The notes below the pieces were generated by a model. It saw only the letters and a list, made by a program, of their open reading frames with translations. It was not told the DNA's origin and did no database searches. From assembly GCF_030144855.1 (NCBI RefSeq), contig NC_082716.1:78120001-78184000 (forward strand): 64,000 nt of DNA. Direction: 5' to 3'. This document shows, piece by piece, positions 51,117 to 63,539 of this stretch (position 1 is the stretch's first letter; each line of letters opens with the position of its first letter). The translations under genes were made by a program, and so were the position numbers. This DNA comes from Hypanus sabinus. Its lineage: Eukaryota.

Positions 51117-52479
51117 TCAGAGGAGCCAACATTCTGTTAAACCACCAGCAAGAACAGTTACTGTACTGTACAGTTACCAAAAAACAGTGGCTTTTATTCT
51201 ACTCCCAGCAGAGACTAAAGACTGCAGCACCAGTAGTGAGGATCAAGGTGGTATGGTGAAGGGAGGTGGAGGAGCACGTACAAGACTGCTTTGAGTCAGT
51301 AGACAGGACAATACTCAGGGATTCATCTTCGAATCTGAATGAATACGCCACAGTCGTCACTGACTTCATCAAGCCGTGTGGATGAGTGCGTGCCTTCAAG
51401 AACATACCAGACATACCTCAAACCAAAAACCGTGGATAAACCAGAAGATTCAGAGTCTGCTGAGGGCTAGATCAAGGCCAGCAAATCAGTACTATACAAG
51501 AAGTCCAGATATGACCAAATAAACAATGCTGATTGAAGTTAGAGGGTATGAGATGCACATTAGCTCTGGCAGGGTTTACAAGCCACATCTTCCTACAAGG
51601 TGAAACTTATGAATAGTTATGATGCTTCACTCCCAGATGAGCTCAACGGCATTTATGCACGCTTTGAAAGAGAAAATAAAACTACATCTTTGCAAATCCC
51701 TGTAGCATCTGGTGACACTATGCCATACACCAATGTCAGAACATCTTTCAAAAGGGTGAACCCTCGCAAGGCATCAGACCCTAATAATGTAACCGGTAGG
51801 AAACTGAAAACTTGCGCCAATCAACCGGCGCGATTATTCCAAGACATCTGCAGTCAGAGATTCCTACCAGATTCTAAAGGATGACAATCATACCAGTGTG
51901 CAAGAGGAGCAGGGTGAGCTGTCTCAATGACTAGCACCTCGTTGCACTCACATCTACGGTGATGAAGTACTTTGAGAGGTTGGTCATGGCCAGAATCAAC
52001 TCCTCCCCAAGAACCTAGACCAGGGGTCAGCAACCTTTACCACTGAAAGAGCCACTTGGACCCGTTTCCCACAGAAAAGAAAACACTGGGAGCCACAAAA
52101 CCCGCTTGACATTTAAAATGAAATAACACTGCATACAACGTTTTGTTTTGCCTTTATGCTATGTATAAACAAACTATAATGTGTTGCATTTATGAAATTG
52201 ATGAACTCCTGCAGAGAAAATGAAATTACATTTCTGCATGCAACAAAAACATTTTGAACTCCGAAAAAAAGACGTTGGGTTGAAGGTTACTTTTAAGTAA
52301 AATACTCAACGTCTATTTGAGTCCTTCTTGTATTTATGAAAAACGCCAAACTTAAATTTGCCGCCAGCAGCAAACCAAAAATAACGTCAGCCAGCTGTCA
52401 ACCTGAAAAATAAAGACTATTTCACTGAACAATGAAAACATATGAATATACGTAAAATAATAGGCAATTAAAATATTTA

Positions 52480-53772
52480 TCATACTTGTTCAGGTTGACT
52501 CACACCTGACAATGCAGTCGTATTTAGTAGGGATGGATCGATGCTTAGGGGAGTGACCGGGAAGGATAATGTGTTTTTTTCCTCTCTGAACTCACAGAAG
52601 CGTTTCCCAAACGATGTTTGCATTGCGATGATTGCAGAATGTAAATACTCCGAATTTATCATGTCGTGACCTTGTTTGAACTCTCTCAAATTGGGGAAGT
52701 GAGACAATGTGCCTTTCTGTAAATCTCTGGCAAGCAACGTCAACTTGCGCTCGAATGCCAAAACATCCTCCAACATGTGCAGGGCTGTACGTCCTTACCC
52801 CGTTGAAGAGCTGTGTTCAGCGTGTTCAGGTGCGCTGTCATGTCTACCATGAAGTGTAGCTTTTCCAGCCACTCTGGCTGTTCCAGCTCAGGAAAGTTGA
52901 GCCCTTTGCTGCCCAGGAAAGTTTTCACTTCTTCCAGACACGCGACAAAGCGTTTCAGCACCTCCCCTTTGGACAGCCACTGGACTTTGTTGTGCAGCAG
53001 GTGCCCCATCAGTAGCTACTGACACCAGATGGGTGGTCTTTATTCCTTTGGCTCTTAAACAATTCAAGACAGCCTCACAGATGTCCTCCCCCCGTGTCTG
53101 GTCTTTTAGAGGTATCAACTCAATCAGTTCTTCCTGTGGCCCGGCAGAGTTTACATACCGGCAGAACAACGCTATTTGTTCAATATCACCTTTGTCTTTA
53201 GACTCGTCACAGGCAATCGAGTAGGCCACAGCTGAATTGATGTCTTTAATTTGCTGTCTTGTGATGTCTTCTGCCATTTTTATGGTTCTGTCTTTGACAG
53301 TCTTTGCAGAGAGGGGCATATCCCTGATTTTCTGCACAATTTCACTCTTGTTTTTAAAGTCCGTGAATAGATGTTCTGAAATCTTAATGAAAGATTCTTT
53401 TATATATTCACCATCTGTAAACTGCTTCCCGTGCCTGACTATTTCCTGAGCGGCAATATAACTGGCGTATGTCGTTGATTTTCCAGACTTCATCCATTTC
53501 TGGAAATGATTTTTGCTCAGATCAACCTTCCGCATCAGTTCCGAAACGGCTTTTTTTCTCTCATCTCCATCCGGATATTTTTGAGCAAAGGCTGCGTGTT
53601 TATTCTGGAAATGCCTTGCGACATTTGACTTTTTGTTGTTTGCTAGTTTCTCATTGCATATTAAGCATACCGGTAAACCAGTCTCGTCAACAGTGAAAGC
53701 AAATGAATCTGTCCACGTATCATTAAATGTTCTGTTTTCTTCAGTCACTTTTCTTTTTTTAGAATTCTCCAT
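52480..53772 (-). pseudogene. hAT transposase remnant (GTF2IRD2/FAM200-like): BED zinc finger and partial catalytic domain, with two internal deletions and frameshifts
   Basis: PVCLIC..RHFQNKH, PLSAKTV, SIACDESKD, VATDGAP, then a jump to LLHNKVQWLSKG and HLNTLNTALQ. The C-terminal region with the catalytic Glu is not visible. Confidence 0.92.
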
Positions 53773-53870
53773 AGTTGGCTTACCTTGGATCGAAAAATTA
53801 AAGAAATCGCGCACTGGCGGGTGTCAGGTATTGGCAGTGGTGACGTATATTAATAGCGATAAAAACACGT

Positions 53871-54082
53871 TGTAGCGGTGTGCTCACGCAGTCAGTAAAC
53901 TGCAGTCGAATAACTTTATTCGAACTAAACAGCCTTGCTTTTAAGCCTCCCTCAACCCAGCCCCCATGGACGCAGATGCTGCAAAAGACGCATACTCACA
54001 AACCCCCGTAGGCTATCTCCCTTAGCCGGAATGCTGGCTAATTGTGAGCCGTTTCGGATGTGCCAGGAAATGTGTCGCCACA
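53871..54082 (-). mobile_element. Short solo LTR (212 bp) nested in the hAT 5' subterminal region
   Basis: TGTAGCG...CGCCACA; same position and homologous sequence as 35574-35796. Left ACGT retained, right TSD eroded. Confidence 0.78.
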
Positions 54083-55617
54083 CTTAGATTGTACAAGATC
54101 ACCATAATCTTCAAATTTAGAATTACATTTCAAAAGCTAACAAACTAACATAAAATACATTTTAATTAAATACTGACCAATTATTTCCCAAAGCCACAGG
54201 GAGCCGCAGCACAGAGGTGAAAGAGCCACAAATGGCTCGGGAGCCGCAGGTTGCCGACCCCCGACCTAGACCCACTGCAATTTGCCCATCTCCACAATAG
54301 GTCTACAGCAGATGCAATTCCACTAGCTTGCCACTCTGCATTGGATCACTTGGACAATAGCAACACTTATGTCAGGCTGCTGTTTATTGATTACAGCTCA
54401 GCCATCAACACAATCATACCCTCAATTCAAATCGACAAACTCCAAAATCTGGCCCTCTGCACCTCCTCCTGCAAACAGATCATTGACATCCTCACCAGGA
54501 GGCCGCAGTCAGTGTGAATTGGCAATAACATTTCCTTCTTGATGACAATGAACACTGGCTCACCTCAAGAACACATGCTTAGCCCAATGCTCTACTTCCT
54601 CTACGTCCACCACTGTGTGGCTAAGCACAACTCAAATGCCATCTATGAATTTGTCAATGATAGAACTCTTGTTGACAGAATTTTAGATGTTAAAAAGGAA
54701 GCTACAGGAGTGAGACAGATCAGTTGGTTAAGCTATGTCGCACGCGCAATTTTGCACTCAACATAAATAAGACTGAAGAACTGAATGTAGACTTCAGGGA
54801 GGAGAAGTCGACGAACACACATCAGCCCTTATCAAGCAATCAGCAGTGCAAACAGTGAACAGTTTCATGTTCTTGGGTGTCAACATCTCTGAAGACCCAA
54901 CCTGGGCCCAATTGATGTAATCATGAGGGCAGCTTGACAGCTTCTTCCCCTCTGCCATCAGATTTCTGAATGGACAATGAACTCCCTGTACACTACCCCA
55001 ATATACTTTTTAAAAACTTCTTGCACCAATTTTTACTATATTGTAATTTGTTTTTTTTTATGTATTGCTGCCAGAAAATAAATTTCACGATCTATGCCAG
55101 TGATAGTAAACCTGATTCCAAAATGCTTGAATGCCAACTGGTTTTTGTAAATTACCCCAGAGTACAAATTAATTAAAAAGATTTAAAGGCAATTGGCTGG
55201 GCTTGAGTGAAAAACAGGGAAATCAGAGTGAAAATTAGACTAATGGGTGTTCTCTCTTGAGAGTTGGCTTGGACGGAGGGTTCAATGGTCTCCTGTGGTG
55301 CTGATGGTATACAAGACTGGATTAAATTAACTTTTCTATGCATAGCATTGGTGTTCATGCAGGATGAATACCGTTTTACCCTTTCTGTTTTACTGTTACA
55401 ATGATGATACAACCAAGAGGATTTTTAAGTCGTTTCAGATGGCATTAAAGAATCAGGCATATTGCTACAGATCTAAAGGCCCCTGTGAACTGGACTAGAC
55501 AAGGATGGCACAGAGAAAGTTGGAAATAACTCAGCAAGTTATCCAACATCTGTGGAGAGGGAAACATTGCCACTACAATCACAAGTCCTTTCATCAGAAC
55601 TAGTCAGTTCTCATATT

Positions 55618-55905
55618 GGGGCAGCACAGTGGTAATGGTTCGCATGAAACTTCAGAGTACAGGCAACACAGGTTCAATTCCCACCACTGCTTACAGAGAG
55701 TTGTTTGCACAGTCTCCCTGTGTTCGTGTGGGTTTCCTCCAGGTGCTCTGGCTTCCTCCCACAGTCCAAAGATGTACCGGTTGGTAGGTTAATTGGTCAT
55801 TGTAAATTGTCCTGTGATGAGGCTATGATTGAATCCAGGGATTGCTGAGCAGCACGGCCTGAAGGCCCAGAAGGGGTTATTCTACACCGCATCTCAGTAA
55901 ACAGA
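55618..55905 (+). mobile_element. V-SINE (HE1-like, tRNA-derived)
   Basis: B box GGTTCAATTCC; V-domain gtgggtttcctccaggtgctctggcttcctcccacagtccaaaga. Confidence 0.85.
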
Positions 55906-57583
55906 CTGTAAAGATGAGTTAATTGAAACTGTTGAATTTGATGTCTTACTGGTTTAGTGTGGCAATCATAAGATGAAATGCTACTTCCTAGGCTTGTATT
56001 GGGGTTTATGGAAACAGTGACATTGCTGGAGAGGTCAGAATGATAGTAAACAGGAGGCTCAGGGTAAAGCCTCAAATGGAAGCGTTGTACAAAGTTTTCA
56101 CCCAATGTGTGCTTGATTTTATGTAAAGAATGCAAAATTGTGAGAATTCCTGCTTGCTTCAATTGAGCAGATGCTAGCATTTAGAATAGCACACCTAGAA
56201 CAGAGGAGGCTGGGGGAAACTTGTGATTAGTATATAAATTAGTGACTAGTCTCAATCTATTTTCAACTACAGAGGCACAGATAGGCAAGGGAGTATAGAT
56301 TTATAGTAATAGTACAAGGGTTAAAGAGATAAGGAAAACATTTTCATCAAGATACGGGTCTGGAACTTAGTGCTTGAAGGATTGATAAACTCTCAGTTCA
56401 TTTAAGTTGTTGCATGTACTTAAAGATTAATGGCTTGCAAAGACACAGACCTTCACAATGGTGGAGCTCTTTTAGCTCAACCTGTAAAATTTCCATGACT
56501 TAAAATAGTTTACTATATAGTCATTTTTGTTGAAGAAATCTTCTGAACAGACAGATACAGAATCAGACGATTATGATTAATAATCTCATGATACACAAGA
56601 ATGCTGGCATCATGCTGTGTTTAAATCTGAATCAATAGTGGTCAATGAAATAAATCGAGACCAATTAACTCATTCAAAATGAATCAAACTTGGCAACATT
56701 TGAAATATATTTTAATCTTGACAAATATTCTCTCATTTAGTAAAAAGACCACTCACAGCAAAATTTGTTTTAAAAATGTGTTTTTTGGAGAAAAACAATG
56801 CACATTTGCAATATACACCTGACTAAACATGCTCAGATAACTGGACAGGAAATCTACTGTACGTCATCAATGTTGACAAAACACAAGAAGATTCCTGCTC
56901 TTCAAACAAGCAGATAGAATTCTTCCTTTAATAATTCTTACAAATATGAACCATCCACTAATTACACAATATCTCAGTGTTGCAGTATTAAACTGGAATG
57001 AGACTGGAACTGAAACTTCTGACACAATAAACCTTGCTTCATACCACTGGGCCATAAATATGCTTGGCTGAAGGGCAGGAAAAATGCAGGCAGGTTCATG
57101 CCCACAATACTTCTTTTTCCCCCTCTGGAAATCATTGTTTTTTTTATTCCAACTGAAGTTATCCGTCCTACTTTCAATGAGCCCAATGATTAAAAGAGAC
57201 AGTTTAAAAATGACTAACAATTTCTTCTGGCTTTGCTCTGTTACCTCAGCCACTAATCTCAAAAGTTCAACTTAGCAGTCTGAATTTCTGAAGCTATCAT
57301 TCTGACCATTTGCACTTCACCCTGCCACTGTTCAAGCAATTTTCTGCTGTTGATAAATCCAAAGGCACTGATTAGTGAGAAAGAAAGATCAGAGTACAGG
57401 ATTTTCACATCTAATCAAGTGCTTTATGTTTAATTTTAATCACATAAAATACAAAAGTGTTCAGAGCCACTATTCTTTATGTTCAATCTCACATCTCTAT
57501 TAGTTGTGTTCTCTAGCCACCACCATTTCAGTCCAAGGGCATCAAAAAGTAATTATGAAACCAAGGTTATTTCTGCTCTGGAC

Positions 57584-57610
57584 ATATATATATATACATA
57601 CACACACACA

Positions 57611-57642
<32 letters not shown>

Positions 57643-57648
57643 TACACA
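57584..57648. repeat. (TA)n(CA)n compound microsatellite
   Basis: Seen directly. Confidence 0.95.
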
Positions 57649-60446
57649 AATAAAAATAAGAGAGGATAAATTACTCAGCCTTTAGCTGCAATGCATAATC
57701 ATTCTATGTATAAGTAAACATTTCCATTAAATGGGGCCAGACGCAAAATCAAAGCTGACCAGTAGAAAACCAACTGCACGAAATTCACATTTTACTAGCT
57801 TGACACACTTCTTGAGAAATATCCAAAAACCTCAGAACAAATTAGATAAAAATAACCTTTTTGCAATGTATTATAAATCAATTATTCTTAACCAATATTT
57901 TCCTGAATTATGACCATGATGTATGCAGTATTTAATTGGCTGTACAATATTTTGTGCTATCTTGAAAGCGTGACTGGCTGCACTTGGCCAGTTTAACCGG
58001 GATCATACATTATCAGTCATCAATATATTCAACATCAGAGTGAGAGGCTTGATGAAAGCAGCCAGTTGCATCCCAGATTCACATCATCCCTGCAGTGACT
58101 GTTCCCGGTCTTGGACTATTATTTATATCTTAATCTACAATATTGTTCAGTCTGATATATTCAGTCTTGTTCACAGTTCTGGTGTAAAGTCAGTCAACTA
58201 AAAAAATCTGACTCAGTGCCTCAGTCATAGGATCAGCATATTGACTATTTCCAGCATATTCTACTTTACTCCACTTATAAAAGGACTAGCAACAATAATG
58301 ATGCAAATCATACTTATGAAATCCTGCTTTGCACAAGCCCAGTCAGCAGTGCTAAAACCTTTTTGCTTGGAGGGTCATTTTTTTTTAAATGATCAAGACA
58401 GAGACCATGGACCAGGATTATTAATATTTAGGTATATAAGATTTGCTGGCATATGGAAGCCCAGGGCTCATAGCAAGAGCATGAAATGCTTATTTGACAT
58501 TAGTAGTCAAATACATAGCAGACTCTCAAATGCAGACAAGTTGTAGAGATGAGGTCTAATTCACTATACAATGTTTTAACCTTAGCTAGTTACTGAAGAA
58601 TTAATTGCTAATTACTGCAAGGTTGTTTTGAACCCATTAGATGCTCCTACCCACATTCTTTGACGCCAAAATTCTTCAAACCACCTTTCCCAAATATACC
58701 AAAATCATATACTGCATCAACCTCCAGATTTTGAATCACTCTACAGACACGTAGGTTTGATTTACTCTTCCAATCTGGATTGTAATAGTCTGACATCCTC
58801 ATCTGAAACAAGTCCTAACCCTCTCCCCAAAACCCAAAAACAGGCTTCAACTTTTTTTTTCTCTAAATTCTGTTCAGCAGGTCTTGAAACTCTGCCCCCG
58901 CTCCATCTATTCTCTTCACCAAGGTTTCAAATTTTTCTTACAAACTTCAAGATCTCCCTCCTCTCCTCACCTTGAGATCTCGCTTACCATCAAGAAAATA
59001 TGCTTTAAAACATATCTGCTGCACAATTCACGTGTGCACAATAGTCCACACAAGCTAGTTAAATTTTGAGTGAACCTGACAAAATAAGCTACTTTCTATT
59101 GGCGAACTTTTTCCTAAATTTGAGACTGGCTTGGAACTACATTGTCGTATTCCTACATTTCAAGGATCAACTTTATTCGCCATTTAGATGTATTAGGAAT
59201 TTGCTGTGGTGTGTTGGTAACACATGCAAAAAACAACATTCAATGGTTATAAAGAATTATATACAAAGGATAGCAGTACAGATATGGAATTGTTCACAAA
59301 TACCAGTATGTATTTACAATGCAAACAGCATTATAACAAGTGGTTTAAAGGGTTTACAGTGCTATGCAGTGATTGAGGTAATACATAGGGGGTTTGGGAG
59401 GTGCTAACTGGGACTGTTGACCAGATTAACTGCCTGGGGGAAGAAACTTTTAAAATGGTGAGATCTCAAGATAACCATGCTCCGTTCCAATAGACAACAG
59501 ACAGTTCTTTATAAACTCAAGCCAAATAGATCGATGGATCCAGATTCAATTTCTAAATCAGAGCTATGTCAACTGACCTAACTTCCAGCATTGGCTGGTC
59601 TATAATGGGTTTTAGTACCAGGGACAAGATGCACTCGATTCGAAAACTGATTAACATCTAGTGACTTTTTACACATGCGATCAACTGAAATAAACTCACA
59701 CTGTAATCGATAGTTGGAAAGGTCTCACATCTTCCCTGAACAGGGTCAAAAATAGCAACTTGGACTATGAAACAGTGAGAACAGTCAAATCAAAGCTCTT
59801 CTCTAAGACAAAGCTGGGTACTTCCATGATTGAAAGGTGAATAACTTAAAACCACAAAATACTGGAAACACTCAGGAGGTCAGGCAATAACACTGGACAG
59901 ATCAGGTCAAAGAACCTTTACTGAAACTGGGAACATGAAAAAATAAATTAGTTAAATTACAGAGCATGCAGTGATCTATTTTGTAAACCAAAGATTGGTT
60001 TGATTCTGTAAAGCTGTATTCCTACATGTTTCTAATATACACAGTAATTGTACAATTTGGGAACCCAAAAATACTTCCCACATGTACTAATCAGACCCAG
60101 GTACTTCCAATATTTTCTGTTTTCATTTCATATATCCAGCATCAGCAATTTGTTTTTGATTTTCAGATTGTAAACCTCAATGTATTATAACATGGGCATT
60201 TGCACAAGAACATTAAATACAGTATTATATTGAGTCAAAGAAACAAGATTTTGGATGAGAGCATAAGGAGGTTTTGAAGAGACAGAACCCTTTTTACAAA
60301 TGAGAGATAGCAAAGTACAGAAGATGAGAGAAAGAATTCCAACACTGGAAATGAAGGCCACTGGAGCAATAATTAAAATTGGGTCATGTAAAAGGTCATA
60401 AGTGAAGGAACAGGGATATCCCAAAGGATCACAGAGCTGGAAAAGT

Positions 60447-61163
60447 TATACAGTCAGATACCAAAAAATGTGGTTGCTCAAATCCTTATTTACCTTGTCT
60501 CAGTGCGGTGGACTTTAGGACCTGGCAGAGCTTGGGGCCCGCCGCCGCAGTGTTTCTGTTCCATTGATGGAAAACGATCACGATTGAAAATAAACTGGAA
60601 ATAATAAAGCGATCCGAAAGAGGTGAAACACCATCGATCATTGGAAAAGCGGTAGGCTACAGTCGGTCAATGATCGGAACAATTTTAAAGGATAAAGTGA
60701 GAATAATGGAGCATGTGAAGGCTACAATTATTACTAAGCAATGCAGCGGTTTAATTATTGAAATACCTACGTTTCTTAAGTGTTTTATATGCATAGAAAG
60801 GTAAAATACAGACTGCAGTATATACTAAGACAAACGTTGACTAACCGACGCTAAATAATATCAGATGTACCTGTTCCGACTTAGAGAACTTGTGGGTTTT
60901 TTTTAATTCAATTCCCGATCCACNNNNNNNNNNNNNNNNNNNNNNNNNNNNNNNNNNNNNNNNNNNNNNNNNNNNNNNNNNNNNNNNNNNNNNNNNNNNN
61001 NNNNNNNNNNNNNNNNNNNNNNNNNNNNNNNNNNNNNNNNNNNNNNNNNNNNNNNNNNNNNNNNNNNNNNNNNNNNNNNNGAGAGAGAACTTCCAGGTTT
61101 TCCCGATCCGTGGTTGGTTGAATCCGCGCATGCAGAACCTGCGAATAAGGAGGGCCAACTGTA
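60447..61163. mobile_element. Tigger-derived non-autonomous element spanning an assembly gap
   Basis: Plus-strand HTH remnant KTITIENKLEIIKRSERGETPS..YSRSMIGTILKDK; right end gaataaggagggccaactg+TA. Left boundary uncertain. Confidence 0.7.
60924..61080. other. Assembly gap (157 N)
   Basis: Run of N. Confidence 1.
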
Positions 61164-62014
61164 TAACTAAGTGTGAAGCCATGGAGGGATTGAAACAGGA
61201 TAACATTAAGAACAGCAAAAACTGCAAGTCTACCCCATCAGCAAGTTGCCTGATAGAGGTGGAACTGGATTTGTTGTGTACATTGTTGCTGCTGCTTCCT
61301 ACAGAATTCCGCGGAAGCAGTCAGAGGCAGTGCATGGTCCAACAGTAGAGAAAAGGATTATCTCTTTTCCTTGTGATCACAAGGTTTTATTGAACATTGG
61401 AAATCTTGAACACAGCAAGTCCATTTCACTGGCGAGACTGACAGAGGGTTGGAAGGACTCGATTGTGCACAAGCCAGGCCCTCATCCCCTGGGGTCAACT
61501 GTTGCAGCTGCCCAGGGAAGGAGATACTGAAGACAGTGTGGCTGGATTGGAGACTGGTCCCTCATGATTGTGTTTGTCTGCAGCTGAGTGTGGCTCCAAG
61601 ACACCATTCTATGCATTATCAATAGGCCATGACATTCAAGGACTTTGGCAATGTTATTACATATTTTTGTGACTAAGTTTTACTGCTATTGCAATTATAT
61701 ATGTTCTACGTGGCTTGAGCAGTGTGTGACTGTTGGTACCATGTGTTGCACCTTGCTGTTTTGTCAAGCACTACTAAACTAGCAACCATTTGAGGACCAG
61801 CAAGTTCAGGACTGAACAATTCTTTTTGTGGGTTGGGATAATGACAGAGGTTTGGATGTCAGTGGAGATCAGAAGAGGAGAAGCTAATGACAAAAAAGAT
61901 ACAAATGAAAATAAAGGCATTGATGAAGGTTTCCACAGATATGAGGTAGGATTGAAGTTAACCAATGCTCTATGTGGAACTCGGCAGACATGTACTGGTC
62001 TCAAAATTCAATAA

Positions 62015-62725
62015 GGAGATTGCTGAAATCTGGAGCAATACACAGAAAGCTCAAGAAACTCAATGGGTCAGGTAGCATCTACAGAGGGAAACAGAGTCAA
62101 GGTTTCAGGACAAGACCCTTCATCTGGACTGAAAGATTAAGGGAAGGAGTAAGGTTATAAATGGCAGATGATGGGTGAATCTATGCGAGAGGTGATAATT
62201 GGCATATGAAGAGGGCAGAGCTGAAAATGCACCAGAAGCTGGGAAGTGTTGACTAGAGTGATAGATGAAGTGTTGGGAGGAGTGAGGGTGAAACAAATAC
62301 CCTGTGCAATTTGCCCACCCCCCATAAGCTTCCCACAAGACTCTTCACCCACACACTCCTCCCACTGATTCCACTCCCCCACTATTCCTATCCTCACCAC
62401 CTCCCTCCACATCCCACTCCACTCCCTCCCCACCATGACATTCCATCATCTTCAACTTTTTGTCACTTCCACCTATCACCTCACAGCTTCTGGCACTACT
62501 CTCACTCCTCCCCACCCCCAAGCTGTGTAACACTCTCCTCTCACCTATCAGCTCTTGCCCTAACCCTTCCATTCACTTTTATAACACTGGTCATTGTCTC
62601 TTCCCCCCCCCCCCCCCCACCACCACCACCCCAATCTTTCCAGTTCTGTTGAGGAGTCTTCCTTTCCCTCCGGCGATGCTATCTGACCCAGTATTCCTCT
62701 AGTTTATTATTTGTTGCTCAGAATT
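62015..62725. mobile_element. Decayed inverted pair of Penelope-derived repeats with C-rich spacer (similar pairs at about 15170-15375, 32010-32220, 50000-50200, 59850-60170)
   Basis: ttgctgaaatctggagcaatacacagaa...tttcaggacaagacccttcatctggactg, and the opposite-strand arm gatgctatctgacccagtattcctctag. Confidence 0.6.
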
Positions 62726-63099
62726 CAGTAACATGGTTGTTTACACTGTTCATTCTCTAGGAAACACAGATGATTCAAGCAATCAATAATTATTTTGGTC
62801 TTCCCAATAGATATTTGTTGGAAATTCCTTAGTTTGATACAGGATGTCAGGCAGGCAAAACAACAGCTCACAGTAAGAAAGTAGTGTAACCCGAGGCAGG
62901 ATGATCAGTGCACATAAGTTAGCACTTATCTCCAGAATGGCCAGGCTCTCACAGATTGGATCCAGAGGGAACAGCGCAAAGGCAAGAGGGAATGCACTGG
63001 CCAGAGTTTAGGAGACCCCAGAGAGAACAGCGCGTGTTGGAGAATACTCAATTTGCACATAATTATCACAGCTTTTAAATCAATGTCTTTTATTTCACC

Positions 63100-63535
63100 C
63101 TTTGCGCGGCAATAACTGGGGTTCCCCGTTCAGTGGGTATCCCGGGAATTCCAGTGCCCCCCACTACCAACACCTGAATACATCACTGCGTATGCTGAGC
63201 CCAGACTGGTTCACTTCAAGGGCCGCTATATCCAGGCTGCGGCCTGCTTCCCCCTTGACTACCCCTCCGGAGAGGCCGGGTCAGTTCGTGTCCCTTACCT
63301 TGGGCCTTGGTGAGGCGCAGGGCAGCGGCGACGACCGGTGTCAAAGGAAGCGGAGAAAACCTCTCCCCGCAACCGGGCGGCTGGAGCGCTGGTCCCTCTT
63401 CTCTCGCGAGATCTGCGCAAACCACGCCCCTCCCCGTCGCCCTGGCAACGAGGAGATCCATTGGGGCGTGATGAGCCCATTTATCGCTGGGTAATGCGTG
63501 TTAGTGAACGGGCAACCTGGCGTGGAGAGGTGAGC
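63100..63535. promoter_or_regulatory. CpG-island promoter with TCTCGCGAGA motif, RFX X-box and GC/KLF boxes
   Basis: Locally high GC and CpG. TCTCGCGAGA at 63402-63411, CCACGCCCC at 63422-63430, GTCGCCCTGGCAAC at 63436-63449, GGGGCGTG at 63463-63470. Confidence 0.8.
63299..63400 (-). other. vamp4: Probable non-coding exon 1 of vamp4 (5' boundary approximate)
   Basis: Strong minus-strand donor CAAG|GTAAGG (GT at 63298-63297) inside the only clear non-TE CpG island, upstream of the ATG exon, which itself begins at a splice acceptor. Confidence 0.75.
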
Positions 63536-63539
63536 ACGG

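Larger units (their letters stand above)
52021..54263 (-). mobile_element. Buster/Charlie-type hAT transposon, internally deleted (2243 bp)
   Basis: TIRs CAGGGGTCAGCAACC / GGTTGCCGACCCCCG; perfect 8-bp TSD accTAgac (52013-52020, 54264-54271). Removal restores the host LINE LDPLQFA region. Confidence 0.97.
50430..55120 (+). mobile_element. Long decayed Rex/Babar LINE (APE and RT), interrupted by a short retro-insertion and a hAT transposon
   Basis: GGGICF, LPREFS..YIP, DFNQA; NPRKASDP; [40 protein letters not shown]; tail taaacctgattc. Confidence 0.9.

Noticed and set aside
35198-54263. Segmental duplication or mis-assembly explaining the two similar hAT copies
   Set aside because: They have different TSDs, flanks and internal deletions, so they are independent transpositions.
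60841-61348. ORFs spanning the N run
   Set aside because: Artefacts of the assembly gap.
62155-62702. Pro/His-rich and Gly/Glu-rich ORFs
   Set aside because: Translations of the C-rich low-complexity spacer of a Penelope-derived repeat.
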